In this document: one piece after another, positions 1 through 9,355 of the stretch
Position numbering within the stretch: the first letter of the stretch is position 1
Layout: each line of letters opens with the position of its first letter
DNA from: Candidatus Oxydemutatoraceae bacterium
GTDB taxonomy: Bacteria > Pseudomonadota > Gammaproteobacteria > Poriferisulfidales > Oxydemutatoraceae
Direction of reading: 5' to 3'
Length of the DNA stretch: 64,000 nucleotides
Assembly (NCBI GenBank): GCA_965219575.1
Contig: OZ244779.1
Coordinates: 2,284,769 to 2,348,768 of the forward strand
Position numbers and translations under genes: made by a program
Notes under the pieces: generated by a model
What the model was told of the DNA's origin: nothing
The model's database searches: none
What the model saw: only the letters and a program-made list of their open reading frames with translations

Positions 1-29
1 GTTGAAAAGCAAGCCCTAGGTTTAACCCG
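1..29. repeat. Exact direct copy of an internal ispB segment (1870..1898), running off the left window edge
   Basis: gttgaaaagcaagccctaggtttaacccg at 1..29 and 1870..1898. Confidence 0.9.
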
Positions 30-40
30 AGAGTATAGAA

Positions 41-1063
41 TTACTTTATATTACTTATCAGTTTTTCCCTGTCTAGTTCATCAATGTTATCAATAATTAT
101 TAAACCTTCGGGAAAATTTTGATTGAAAGTAAAAAGTTCATTTGAACGAGAATTATTCTTTTTAATACATATTTTTTGGGGATAGCGGATGCGTTTACCG
201 GCTAGTAACAATAATTGTATGGCTTCTTCTAATGTTTCGTAGTCGCGTTGGATTTTAACAGGAATAGGTTTAACATAGCCTTCTATTCTTAAAAAGCCAT
301 CGATGCCTTTATTCCGCTGTACCGGTGTAATTTGCAGTCTACTTAAAATCGAGGTAATCGACGGATCCTGATTGATATAAGCATTCTTTCCGTTGTGTAA
401 TAGTTTTGATTCTGTTTTAATGGGCTTCTTCAATCTTTTGTTTGAGAGTTCTATAGCTTGTTTTGATATATCAATACCGATATATTTTCTATTGAGAAAT
501 TGTGCAGCAACAGGAGTTGTTCCACTTCCACAGAATGGATCTAAAACGATATCGCCTTCATCGGTGACAAGTTCAATGATTCTTTCTAAAAGTAGAATAG
601 GTTTTTGAGTTGGATATCCAACTCTTTCTTTTGCTTTTGGATTCAAATATGGAATATCCCAAACATCGGAGAGGGGAACTCCTTTTTTTGCATTTGACCA
701 TCTTCTGTAAAACCAAACAATTTCGCTTTGGAAATTTTCGGCACCGAAAACTTCATCAAGAGCGATTCTTAAATGGTGCGAAGCCGACCGATCACAGTGC
801 AAAAAGATACTTCCGATATCTTTCAACGCTTTTTTGCATATTTTTAATCGTTCCCGAATATAATTTTGATATATGCTTATATCGCCCCAGCTATCGTTAA
901 AAGTGTATTCTTTATTCTGCTTGTTTTTTAATGTTTGTTTTTTTTGCGTGAAAAACGGAGGATCAAGATAGATTAAATCAACAGAGTTCTCTTTTACCTT
1001 TTGCAGTTCGTATTTGCAATCTCCATGTATTAAGCATGGTGGCTTTGCGTATGAAGAAGTCAT
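41..1063 (-). pseudogene. Beta-class N6/N4 DNA methyltransferase (M.XbaI-like), open frame with a probable in-frame internal deletion
   Basis: YLDPPF, YPTQKP and LDPFCGSGT motifs present; EIVWFYRRWSNAKKG joins directly to VPLSDVW, lacking the usual H-x-I-x-F-Y-x-K strand and TRD loop. Confidence 0.65.
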
Positions 1064-1211
1064 TTTTCAGTTTTGTTTTTAACTATATCTTGGAGAATGT
1101 TAAACAGATCAACATCTGTTTCATTTCGACTAAGCGGCTCTTTGTTTTTCTTGTCAGGGTTCTAGAGTACATGTTTGCTAATTCAATAATTTTTTGTTGT
1201 ATTGTAGGCAC
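1060..1211 (-). pseudogene. Collapsed ApaLI/XbaI-family restriction endonuclease remnant
   Basis: GTG-start frame (M)PTIQQKIIELANMYSRTLTRKTKSRLVEMK fused out of frame to TDVDLFNILQDIVKNKTEK*, whose TGA overlaps the MTase ATG; family resemblance is from memory. Confidence 0.5.
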
Positions 1212-1279
1212 GACTATTCTATTAAAGAGTTTGTATAAATCTGAAAGACATAAAATTTCATATTATTTATACTATATGT

Positions 1280-1488
1280 GGGGCTGTTGAAAAAGTGCGG
1301 CATCGTACGAATCCAATCACTTGCGCCATTTGGTTTTGGTTTCCATAAATTGGATGGATGAATGTATAAATCGTGTAGGCACAACACGTTACGGGCGGAC
1401 ATGCTAGTCCGCCCCTACGGGTGGTTTGCAAATATTCACGGCGCAAGCGGTTGCGGTTGCACGCTGACGATACTTTTTCAACAGCTCC
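1280..1488. mobile_element. 209-bp MITE (TIR GGGGCTGTTGAAAAAGT) carrying one GTAG REP hairpin
   Basis: TIRs 1280..1296 and 1472..1488; 4-bp flanking duplication ATGT; near-identical copies at 11901..12108 and 29129..29337. Confidence 0.85.
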
Positions 1489-1540
1489 ATGTGACAATTT
1501 AATAATATTTTGGTAGAAATGGGGAAATGACTCAACAACA

Positions 1541-2506
1541 TTAAATTGTGCGCTTTGTGACAAATCGGCTCAGCATAACGAGTGAGTCTTTATAAGGAGA
1601 TGGGGATATCGATTCTAGGTTTCGGTAGGCTTGTTCGGCATAATGTTGTGCTTGATTTTGGACATATGCGAGTGCGCCGATTGTCTCGAGTAATTCGCGC
1701 ACTTCTGCAACCGCCTCGCCGTTGCACAGGGTTGATTCGAAAAACCTGATTTGAGAGGCATTGCCGTTTTCAAATGCGTATATCAACGGCAGTGTGAGTT
1801 TTCCTTCGGCTAAATCCTGTCCCCAGTTTTTATCGGTATCTTGGTTATAGTCTATGAGATCGTCCACCAGTTGAAAAGCAAGCCCTAGGTTTAACCCGTA
1901 GGAGGTCATTGCTTGTGTAACCTCGGGTTGCGGATCGCTCAGCATAGCACCCGTTCGGCACGCTACTTTGAACAAAGTTGCCGTTTTGCGGGTGATGATA
2001 TCCATGTAGGTCGCCTCGCTGAGATCCCTACGGTTTAAGTTGATGAGTTGTTGCACTTCCCCTTCGGAGATTGTGTTGGTTGCATCCGAGATGTCTTTTG
2101 ATATGGCAGCACGATTGATACCGTATAGAATCTGGAAGGCGCGGGAGTAGAGAAAATCACCGACCAACACGCTTGCACTATTGCCCCACAATGCTTTTAC
2201 GGTTTTTTTACCGCGTCTGAGTGGCGCATCGTCGACTACATCGTCGTGTAATAAGGTTGCGGTATGAATGAACTCGACGACGGTTGCCAATGCGATATGG
2301 TCGTCGTCCTGCGAACGATAACCGCTTGCCAATGCCGACAACAGCACCAGTATCGGGCGTATTCGCTTTCCCCCGGCACCGATGAGATGGTTGCTTAGCT
2401 CAATGATGTACGACAAATCGGAGTCTAGTCGTTTTTCTATGAGTTGCTCTAGTTTGCCTAGTTCATTCGCAATCGGAGCGGTTATTTTCTCGGGTGTTTT
2501 CGTCAT
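1541..2506 (-). CDS. ispB: Octaprenyl/polyprenyl diphosphate synthase
   Basis: GGKRIRP, LLHDDVVD..LRRG and FQLVDDLID motifs. Confidence 0.93.
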   Translation of the reverse strand: MTKTPEKITAPIANELGKLEQLIEKRLDSDLSYIIELSNHLIGAGGKRIRPILVLLSALASGYRSQDDDHIALATVVEFIHTATLLHDDVVDDAPLRRGKKTVKALWGNSASVLVGDFLYSRAFQILYGINRAAISKDISDATNTISEGEVQQLINLNRRDLSEATYMDIITRKTATLFKVACRTGAMLSDPQPEVTQAMTSYGLNLGLAFQLVDDLIDYNQDTDKNWGQDLAEGKLTLPLIYAFENGNASQIRFFESTLCNGEAVAEVRELLETIGALAYVQNQAQHYAEQAYRNLESISPSPYKDSLVMLSRFVTKRTI

Positions 2507-2671
2507 CGGTGTCGGTTTTCAAGTGTATCGGTTTGAATCATGTTTAAGTATGCGGTGATTACTCGGTCAAAATATTATTATAGCCTTATATTTTAGTTTT
2601 GATTTTCGGTGTATAATTCGGTTTACAGTCCGACTGTCATATATAAAATTAATTTTTACGAACAAATAATT

Positions 2672-3403
2672 ATGTCAGATAATAATAAACGCCCGAGTGG
2701 ACGAGCTTGTGACGAGCTGCGCAACATTAGTTTTGAGAGGCACTACACCCGCTACGGTGAGGGTTCGGTGTTGAGTTCTTTCGATGATACCAAAGTGCTA
2801 TGTAATGTGAGCGTCGATGACAAGGTACCTAAGTTTCTGAAAGGCAAAAATCAAGGATGGTTGACGGCGGAGTATAGCATGCTACCGCGGGCGACCGGCG
2901 AGCGCAACACCCGTGAATCCATCAATGGAAAGTTAAAGGGTCGTACTCAGGAAATACAAAGAATGATCGGGCGCTCGCTACGCGCATGTCTGAATATGAA
3001 AGCACTCGGCGACCACACAATTTTGATAGATTGCGATGTCATACAAGCCGATGGCAGCACGCGCACGGCGGCGATCAACGGGGCTTATGTTGCACTATGC
3101 GACGCAATCGCCTATATGTTGAAACATCAAAAAATAACCGAAAACCCTATACATAGTATGGTTGCTGCGGTCTCCGTGGGCATCTATAGAGGTGTGAAGA
3201 TATTAGACCTTGATTACAAAGAGGATGCCAATGCCGAAACCGATATGAATTTGGTGATGAACGAGGCAGGTCATTTCATAGAAATACAAGGCACCGCCGA
3301 GGGACATGCACTGCGCACCGATGAACTGCACGGGCTATTAGCACTAGGTCAATCGGGTATACAAAAGATACTTGAATTACAAAAACACAGCCTTTCGTCA
3401 TAA
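2672..3403 (+). CDS. rph: Ribonuclease PH
   Basis: RPSGR start, [25 protein letters not shown]; ATG at 2672 preferred. Confidence 0.96.
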   Translation: MSDNNKRPSGRACDELRNISFERHYTRYGEGSVLSSFDDTKVLCNVSVDDKVPKFLKGKNQGWLTAEYSMLPRATGERNTRESINGKLKGRTQEIQRMIGRSLRACLNMKALGDHTILIDCDVIQADGSTRTAAINGAYVALCDAIAYMLKHQKITENPIHSMVAAVSVGIYRGVKILDLDYKEDANAETDMNLVMNEAGHFIEIQGTAEGHALRTDELHGLLALGQSGIQKILELQKHSLSS

Positions 3404-3404
3404 A

Positions 3405-3998
3405 ATGCAAACTCTCGTTTTTGCCAGTGCCAATCCCTCCAAGCTCAGAGAGTTAACGGCTATCTTGGGAGAGCTCGATGTGGCATTGCAATCTCAATCC
3501 CAACTGGGGGTCACGCCCGTAGAAGAGAACGGCATGAGTTTTTTAGAGAATTCTCTAATCAAAGCCCGCCATGCCAGTAAGGCAACCGGTTTACCGGCAT
3601 TGGCAGACGACTCGGGTTTGGTTGTAGATATTCTCGACGGTGCGCCCGGCATCTATTCTGCGCGCTACGCCGGTGTTAATGCAAGCGATGACGACAATCT
3701 TAAACAACTGCTGGCAGCGTTATCCGTACACGAGGGTGAGCAATTTAGCGCGCATTTTCATTGTGTAGCGAGCTATGTATGTAGCCCGCAAGATCCTATT
3801 CCTGTTGTTGCCGAGGCGAAGTGGTGCGGATGTATTATTGCCGAACCTAAGGGGAACAATGGTTTCGGGTATGATCCGGTGTTCTATGTTCCCGAATTAA
3901 ACGGCACGGTTGCAGAGTTGTCGGAAGCGACTAAAAATAGGTTCAGCCACAGAGCAAAGGCATTCAAAAAATTATGCGCCAAACTGCAGCAGTTGTAA
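3405..3998 (+). CDS. rdgB: dITP/XTP pyrophosphatase (Ham1)
   Basis: ALADDSGL, GFGYDPVF, SHR motifs; rph-rdgB-hemW synteny. Confidence 0.95.
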   Translation: MQTLVFASANPSKLRELTAILGELDVALQSQSQLGVTPVEENGMSFLENSLIKARHASKATGLPALADDSGLVVDILDGAPGIYSARYAGVNASDDDNLKQLLAALSVHEGEQFSAHFHCVASYVCSPQDPIPVVAEAKWCGCIIAEPKGNNGFGYDPVFYVPELNGTVAELSEATKNRFSHRAKAFKKLCAKLQQL

Positions 3999-5152
3999 GG
4001 CAAACAACCCACTATCGTTTGCCGCCTTTATCGTTATATATACATCTACCTTGGTGCGTGTCCAAATGTCCTTATTGCGACTTTAATTCCCATACAACAC
4101 CGAAGCCCATTAACCAGAAGGGATATGCCGACGCGCTGATTGCCGACTTGGAATGTGATTTGCCCTATGTGCAGAACCGCCCCTTGCATAGCGTGTTCAT
4201 AGGGGGTGGCACACCGACTCTGTTCGATGCCGACACGATAGCATCGTTGCTTAAGCGTATAAAAGCCCGCATTGATTTCGGGACACAATGTGAAATCACC
4301 ATAGAAGCCAATCCGGAAAGTGCCGACTTGTTAAAGTTAAAGAAGCTACGAGAGGCAGAGGTTAATAGAATCTCAATCGGCGTACAAAGCCTAAATAACC
4401 GCTTGCTTGAACGCATAGGGCGCGCCCATAATGCAGAACGCGCCTTGCAAGCCTTTGAAAACGCTCGTCTGGCAGGGTTTTCAAATATCAACTGCGATCT
4501 GATGTTCGGTTTGCCCGAGCAGACCGAAGACCAAGCGATGTCCGATCTGACACGCGTTATGGAACTTGAACCCGAGCATATTTCGTGGTATCAGATGACT
4601 ATAGAACCGAATACATTCTTTTATACCCATAGACCTCGCCTGCCCGATGACGATACTATTTGGCGGCTGCAGTCGGCAGGAATTCAACGACTTCGGACGC
4701 ACGGTTATAAGCGTTATGAAGTATCGGCGTATAGCCGTTCAAGACCCTGCCAACACAACTTGAATTATTGGCAATTCGGCGATTATTTAGGCATCGGTGC
4801 AGGTGCCCACGGCAAGCTCACACTGGCAACTGAGCATAAAATTGTGCGCACTCGCAAGCACAGACTGCCCGAGCGGTATATAGAAAAAGCTATAGACGGG
4901 CAAAACTGCGTAGAGATTCGCCAACTCAAAGCTTCCGAGACCAGCTTTGAGTTTCTGCTCAACGCATTGAGGCTAACCGACGGCTTCGCTAAAGTGCTAT
5001 TTAGCCGAACCGGACAGCCCAATACCATATTAGAGGCAAAACTCGCACCTTTTATAGATAAACGGTGGATTATATCCGACGAACGATATCTAAAACCAAG
5101 CCCGTACGGCAGCCGATTTTTGAACGAAATCCTAGAGTATTGCTTGCCGTGA
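3974..5152 (+). CDS. hemW: Radical SAM heme chaperone
   Basis: LYIHLPWCVSKCPYCDFNS, HNLNYW, YLGIGAGAHG. Confidence 0.94.
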   Translation: MRQTAAVVRQTTHYRLPPLSLYIHLPWCVSKCPYCDFNSHTTPKPINQKGYADALIADLECDLPYVQNRPLHSVFIGGGTPTLFDADTIASLLKRIKARIDFGTQCEITIEANPESADLLKLKKLREAEVNRISIGVQSLNNRLLERIGRAHNAERALQAFENARLAGFSNINCDLMFGLPEQTEDQAMSDLTRVMELEPEHISWYQMTIEPNTFFYTHRPRLPDDDTIWRLQSAGIQRLRTHGYKRYEVSAYSRSRPCQHNLNYWQFGDYLGIGAGAHGKLTLATEHKIVRTRKHRLPERYIEKAIDGQNCVEIRQLKASETSFEFLLNALRLTDGFAKVLFSRTGQPNTILEAKLAPFIDKRWIISDERYLKPSPYGSRFLNEILEYCLP

Positions 5153-5378
5153 CGATAACGAGGCACAGATTTATACACAGATTACCAAATTCCTTAAGTA
5201 GATTAGGGTATTCCTCAAAATATAAGGCTATATCTAGGGTTGTAGAATTTATCATGGAAAAACAACAACTTAAATGATTTCATAATTAGGAGTAAGTCAT
5301 TACTCAAGCAAAACAACACATTTTATACAGCTACCTGATAAGATTTCCACAGAGTTATCCACAACTTTATTCAAGCCA

Positions 5379-5425
5379 ATTCCCCTCCTCTGGAGGGGTG
5401 GCAGGCGCAGCCTGACGGGGTGGTT
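5379..5425 (-). repeat. R2 double-hairpin repeat, uninterrupted
   Basis: attcccctcc-tct-ggaggggtggcaggc-gca-gcctgacggggtggtt; similar copies at 17202, 47004 and 56071. Confidence 0.85.
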
Positions 5426-5449
5426 CCACGAAAACCGCCCGCTAAGGTT

Positions 5450-5989
5450 CTACTGAAGCGGACCTTCCAGAAAAACCTTGCTACGGACGAAAATAGCCGT
5501 GCCGGGGTAACTTAAAACAGAGTTGCCCAGCTCGGCACCTCCGTTTATATTTCTATCATTCAAAATCCTAATAGAAATTGTTATGGTTTTACGCGTATCA
5601 AAAGAATTACTCAATATTAATTTTAGGGCTAAATCTTGTTTATTAACACCTCCATCTATACAGAGGTCGTGTGCGAGGGGGTTTAGTCCAATCCTTGGGA
5701 AACGACCCGGCGACATTTCAGAATTCATACAGGTTTGGCTGGAAACAGTATAGCGGGTCACAACCGTCGCAGTTGCCTCACTATAACTAACATTCTTAAA
5801 TTGAAATTGAAGGCCTAACACTTCGCTAGTCATAAGTTGGCGGCTTAGATTGAGGTTGAAATCTATTACGCGACCCACTTCGGTTTGAGTGGTAATTGAT
5901 ACCACAACTTGTGCGGAAACCCCGTTTGCCGAGCAAACGAGCAATATGCAAAAACCGGCATGGATTAGATAGCGTCTCAAGTATTTCAT
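5450..5989 (-). CDS. Hypothetical exported protein
   Basis: 179 aa; N-terminal signal-peptide-like segment ending VSA-Q; C-terminus FVRSKVFLEGPLQ. Confidence 0.65.
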   Translation of the reverse strand: MKYLRRYLIHAGFCILLVCSANGVSAQVVVSITTQTEVGRVIDFNLNLSRQLMTSEVLGLQFQFKNVSYSEATATVVTRYTVSSQTCMNSEMSPGRFPRIGLNPLAHDLCIDGGVNKQDLALKLILSNSFDTRKTITISIRILNDRNINGGAELGNSVLSYPGTAIFVRSKVFLEGPLQ

Positions 5990-6052
5990 GACCCCAGAAT
6001 TTTCATATTGCCCGCTATTATATCAGCACGATAGAACCCAATTCAAAAGTGG

Positions 6053-6088
6053 TATTCCCTTCCAAAGGAGGGGAATAGTCCGCCACCC
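6053..6088. repeat. Partial R2 hairpin plus R1 fragment
   Basis: tattcccttcc-aaa-ggaggggaata followed by gtccgccaccc. Confidence 0.6.
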
Positions 6089-6128
6089 AATTATGCGAAC
6101 CACTCGGCGATATCGGATATCAAAAATA

Positions 6129-6161
6129 ATACTTGCGTAAAATACTAAAGTATTATATGAT
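6129..6161 (+). promoter_or_regulatory. Putative iscR promoter with overlapping type-1 IscR operator
   Basis: ATACTTGCGTAAAATACTAAAGTAT imperfect palindrome; TTGCGT-17 bp-TATGAT upstream of iscR. Confidence 0.6.
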
Positions 6162-6193
6162 ATACCCCGTAAAGCCAAGATTGTGGAGGATTT

Positions 6194-6676
6194 ATGCGCT
6201 TAACCAACAAAGGTCGCTATGCAGTGACGGCAATAGCCGATCTCGCTATTCACGGTAGCCGGATGCCGGTATCGTTGGCGGATATTTCAATACGCCAAGA
6301 CATTCCTATATCTTATCTGGGACAATTATTCATGCCGCTGCGCGAGCGCGGTTTGGTGAAAAGCCAGCGCGGTCCTAACGGTGGTTATCGCTTGGCAAAA
6401 GAGAGTTCGGAGATTTCTATTGCCGATGTAATCAATGCGGTCGATGAGAAAATTAATACGGTGCGTTGCGGTGGCCGGACTAATTGTCAGAAGAACCAAC
6501 AATGTCTAACGCACACCTTATGGGAGGAAATGGAAAACCGAATAAAAGATTTGTTTGCGGAGATTTATATCTCCGATATCGTTTCAAACGATAAAGTGAT
6601 GGAGATTTCCGCTAGACAAGATGCCTATCTAGCGAGGCAACAAGAGAATTTCTCGTTCAAAGTAGCGAGAGCATGA
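6194..6676 (+). CDS. iscR: Fe-S cluster assembly regulator (Rrf2)
   Basis: [19 protein letters not shown]-x5-C-x5-C-LTH. Confidence 0.95.
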   Translation: MRLTNKGRYAVTAIADLAIHGSRMPVSLADISIRQDIPISYLGQLFMPLRERGLVKSQRGPNGGYRLAKESSEISIADVINAVDEKINTVRCGGRTNCQKNQQCLTHTLWEEMENRIKDLFAEIYISDIVSNDKVMEISARQDAYLARQQENFSFKVARA

Positions 6677-6692
6677 TTACAAGGAGAGTATT

Positions 6693-7916
6693 ATGAAAGA
6701 TGTCAAATTACCTATTTATTTAGATTATAGTTCTACGACACCGGTTGACGAGCGCGTTGCGGAGAAAATGATGCAGTGTCTGACCCCGAGCGGAGCTTTC
6801 GGCAATCCGGCATCGCGTAGCCACACTTTCGGCTGGCAAGCGGAGAAAATGGTGGAACGCGCCCGAGAACAAGTAGCCGAAATGGTTAATGCAGACCCAC
6901 GCGAGATCGTTTGGACTAGTGGTGCGACCGAGTCGGACAACCTTGCCATTAAAGGTGCTGCGCACTTCTATGTCAAAAAGGGAAAACACATCATCACCGT
7001 CAAGACCGAACATAAAGCGGTGCTGGATACCTGCAGACAGCTGGAGAAAGAAGGCTATGAACTGAGCTATCTAGACCCCAAACCCGACGGCTTGCTGGAT
7101 TTAGACGAATTAGCGCATGCCATACGCAACGACACCATATTGATTTCGGTGATGCATGTCAACAACGAAATCGGTGTCATACAGGACATTCAAAAGATCG
7201 GCGAACTGGCGCGTGAAAAAGGCATTATTTTTCATGTGGATGCTGCGCAAAGTCCCGGCAAAGTACCTATAGACTTGCAATCCTTAAAGGTGGACTTGAT
7301 GAGCTTTTCGGCACATAAGATATACGGTCCCAAAGGCATCGGTGCGCTGTATGTGCGGCGTAAGCCTCGAGTGCGGGTAGAGTCGCAAATGCACGGCGGT
7401 GGTCACGAACGCGGCATGCGTTCGGGCACTTTATCCACCCACCAAATAGTCGGCATGGGTGAAGCGTTTGACATCGCCCGGCAGGAGATGGACGACGAAC
7501 GCGACCGCATTCTTTCTTTACGCCAGCGGCTGTGGGACGGCATCAAGACTATGGATGAAGTCTATTGCAACGGCGATATAGAACACCGTGTTGCCGGCAA
7601 CTTGAATGTTAGTTTTAACTTCGTGGAAGGAGAATCATTGATTATGGCACTGAAAAACATTGCCGTATCTAGCGGTTCGGCTTGCACTTCGGCATCTTTA
7701 GAGCCGAGTTATGTGTTGCGTGCGTTAGGGCGCAACGACGAGCTAGCTCATAGCTCGATTCGTTTCACGGTGGGTCGTTATACGACTGCCGATGAGATTG
7801 ACTATACGATAGAACTCATTAGAAATTCTGTCGAAAAGTTACGCGAGCTTTCGCCTTTATGGGAAATGCACCAAGACGGCATAGACCTAGACAAGGTGGA
7901 ATGGGCAGTACATTAA
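6693..7916 (+). CDS. iscS: Cysteine desulfurase
   Basis: [27 protein letters not shown]. Confidence 0.98.
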   Translation: MKDVKLPIYLDYSSTTPVDERVAEKMMQCLTPSGAFGNPASRSHTFGWQAEKMVERAREQVAEMVNADPREIVWTSGATESDNLAIKGAAHFYVKKGKHIITVKTEHKAVLDTCRQLEKEGYELSYLDPKPDGLLDLDELAHAIRNDTILISVMHVNNEIGVIQDIQKIGELAREKGIIFHVDAAQSPGKVPIDLQSLKVDLMSFSAHKIYGPKGIGALYVRRKPRVRVESQMHGGGHERGMRSGTLSTHQIVGMGEAFDIARQEMDDERDRILSLRQRLWDGIKTMDEVYCNGDIEHRVAGNLNVSFNFVEGESLIMALKNIAVSSGSACTSASLEPSYVLRALGRNDELAHSSIRFTVGRYTTADEIDYTIELIRNSVEKLRELSPLWEMHQDGIDLDKVEWAVH

Positions 7917-7937
7917 TTAAAGACGTGGAGGATTACA

Positions 7938-8324
7938 ATGTCTTATGGAGAAAAAGTCTTAGACCATTACGAGAACCCTCGCAATGTGGGTAGCTTGGAT
8001 AAAAGCGACCCGCAAGTAGGCACGGGAATGGTCGGTGCGCCGGCTTGTGGCGATGTGATGAAGCTGCAAATCAAAGTCAACGACAAAGGTGTTATACAAG
8101 ATGCCAAGTTCAAGACTTATGGTTGCGGTTCGGCGATTGCATCGTCCAGTTTGCTAACCGAGAAAGTGATAGGCAAGACGCTTGATGAAGCACAGCAAAT
8201 CAAGAATACCGAAATAGTCGAGGAACTATCGCTACCCCCGGTGAAGATACATTGCTCGGTTTTAGCCGAGGATGCGATTAAAGCGGCACTGAACGACTAT
8301 CATAGCAAAAAAGCCAAAGCCTAA
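7938..8324 (+). CDS. iscU: Fe-S scaffold protein
   Basis: GAPACGDVM, LPPVKIHCS. Confidence 0.98.
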   Translation: MSYGEKVLDHYENPRNVGSLDKSDPQVGTGMVGAPACGDVMKLQIKVNDKGVIQDAKFKTYGCGSAIASSSLLTEKVIGKTLDEAQQIKNTEIVEELSLPPVKIHCSVLAEDAIKAALNDYHSKKAKA

Positions 8325-8330
8325 GGCTTG

Positions 8331-8654
8331 ATGTCTATTACGCTGACCACTGCGGCGAAAAGCCACATAGGGCGTTTTTTACAAAAGCGCGGCAAAGGAT
8401 TGGGCGTCCGCTTGGGTGTCAAAACCACCGGCTGTTCGGGTTTGGCTTATGTGATTGAATATGTCGATGAGCTGAGTGTCGACGACACGGTGTTTGAAGA
8501 TAAAGGCATCAAAGTAATCGTTGATGCCAAAAGCCTGGTTTACCTTGACGGTACCGAACTTGATTTCGTCAAAGAAGGATTGAACGAGGGCTTTAAGTTC
8601 ACAAATCCCAATGAGAAAAATCGTTGCGGATGCGGAGAAAGTTTCTCTATTTGA
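8331..8654 (+). CDS. iscA: Fe-S assembly A-type carrier
   Basis: TGCSG and CGCGESF. Confidence 0.97.
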   Translation: MSITLTTAAKSHIGRFLQKRGKGLGVRLGVKTTGCSGLAYVIEYVDELSVDDTVFEDKGIKVIVDAKSLVYLDGTELDFVKEGLNEGFKFTNPNEKNRCGCGESFSI

Positions 8655-8689
8655 GCATCATTGTCTGCACAGTTCACAGTATCGGACCA

Positions 8690-8779
8690 TCCCCCTCCTT
8701 GTAGGGACGGGCGGACATGTTAGTCCGCCCCTACTATGTCCGCCCGTAAGGGTGGCAGGCTCCGCCTGACGGGGTGGTT
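8690..8779. repeat. Three-level nested repeat: R1 inside R1 inside R2
   Basis: ccccctcctt|gtaggg[acgggcggacatgttagtccgcccctac]tatgtccgcccgta|agggtggcaggc...ggggtggtt. Confidence 0.8.
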
Positions 8780-8821
8780 CAAAGCCGCAATCCGCCATGA
8801 ATTTATGCAACCCAACCACCG

Positions 8822-9355
8822 ATGGACTCCGACAGACACCAACAAAATTATTTTGAATTGTTCGGCATAAAACCGACATTTCGTATTGACGAACAAACAA
8901 TAGAAAAAACCTATTTACAGATGCAAGCACTATTCCACCCCGACCGCTTCGCAACGGCAAGCGCACAAGAGCGGCGCATCGCAGCACAAAAATCCGCCTA
9001 TTTGAACGAAGCCCGCGATGTGCTGTTGGATGCTTGCGACCGCGCCGACTATCTATTGAAACTAGAAGGTTGCGCGGTCAACCCGGATGCCTCAATGTCG
9101 GATAACGATTTTTTAATGGAGCAGATGGAATATAGAGAACGTCTGGAGGAAGCGGCAACGCAACAATCGAGCGAACCGGCGGTTGCTTTATGCGCCGAGA
9201 TTGAATGTCAAAGTACCCGAATAGATAAAGATTTTGAACAAGCCTACGACACGGCAATGTTTGATGCCGCACAATCTCTGCTCGCCCGAATGCGATTTAT
9301 GAAAAAACTAAAATCCGAAGCCAAAGCAATCATCGCTTCTAAGGAGAGCCTCTGA
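8822..9355 (+). CDS. hscB: Fe-S co-chaperone (J domain)
   Basis: [22 protein letters not shown]. Confidence 0.95.
   Translation: MDSDRHQQNYFELFGIKPTFRIDEQTIEKTYLQMQALFHPDRFATASAQERRIAAQKSAYLNEARDVLLDACDRADYLLKLEGCAVNPDASMSDNDFLMEQMEYRERLEEAATQQSSEPAVALCAEIECQSTRIDKDFEQAYDTAMFDAAQSLLARMRFMKKLKSEAKAIIASKESL

Noticed and set aside
1214-1563. Recurrent small ORFs sharing RGGL(T/A)CPP and IHPIYGNQNQMAQ (also 11720..12067, 28970..29295, 30076..30519, 37822..38229)
   Set aside because: They are translations of the non-coding MITE/REP modules, with inconsistent starts, stops and frames between copies
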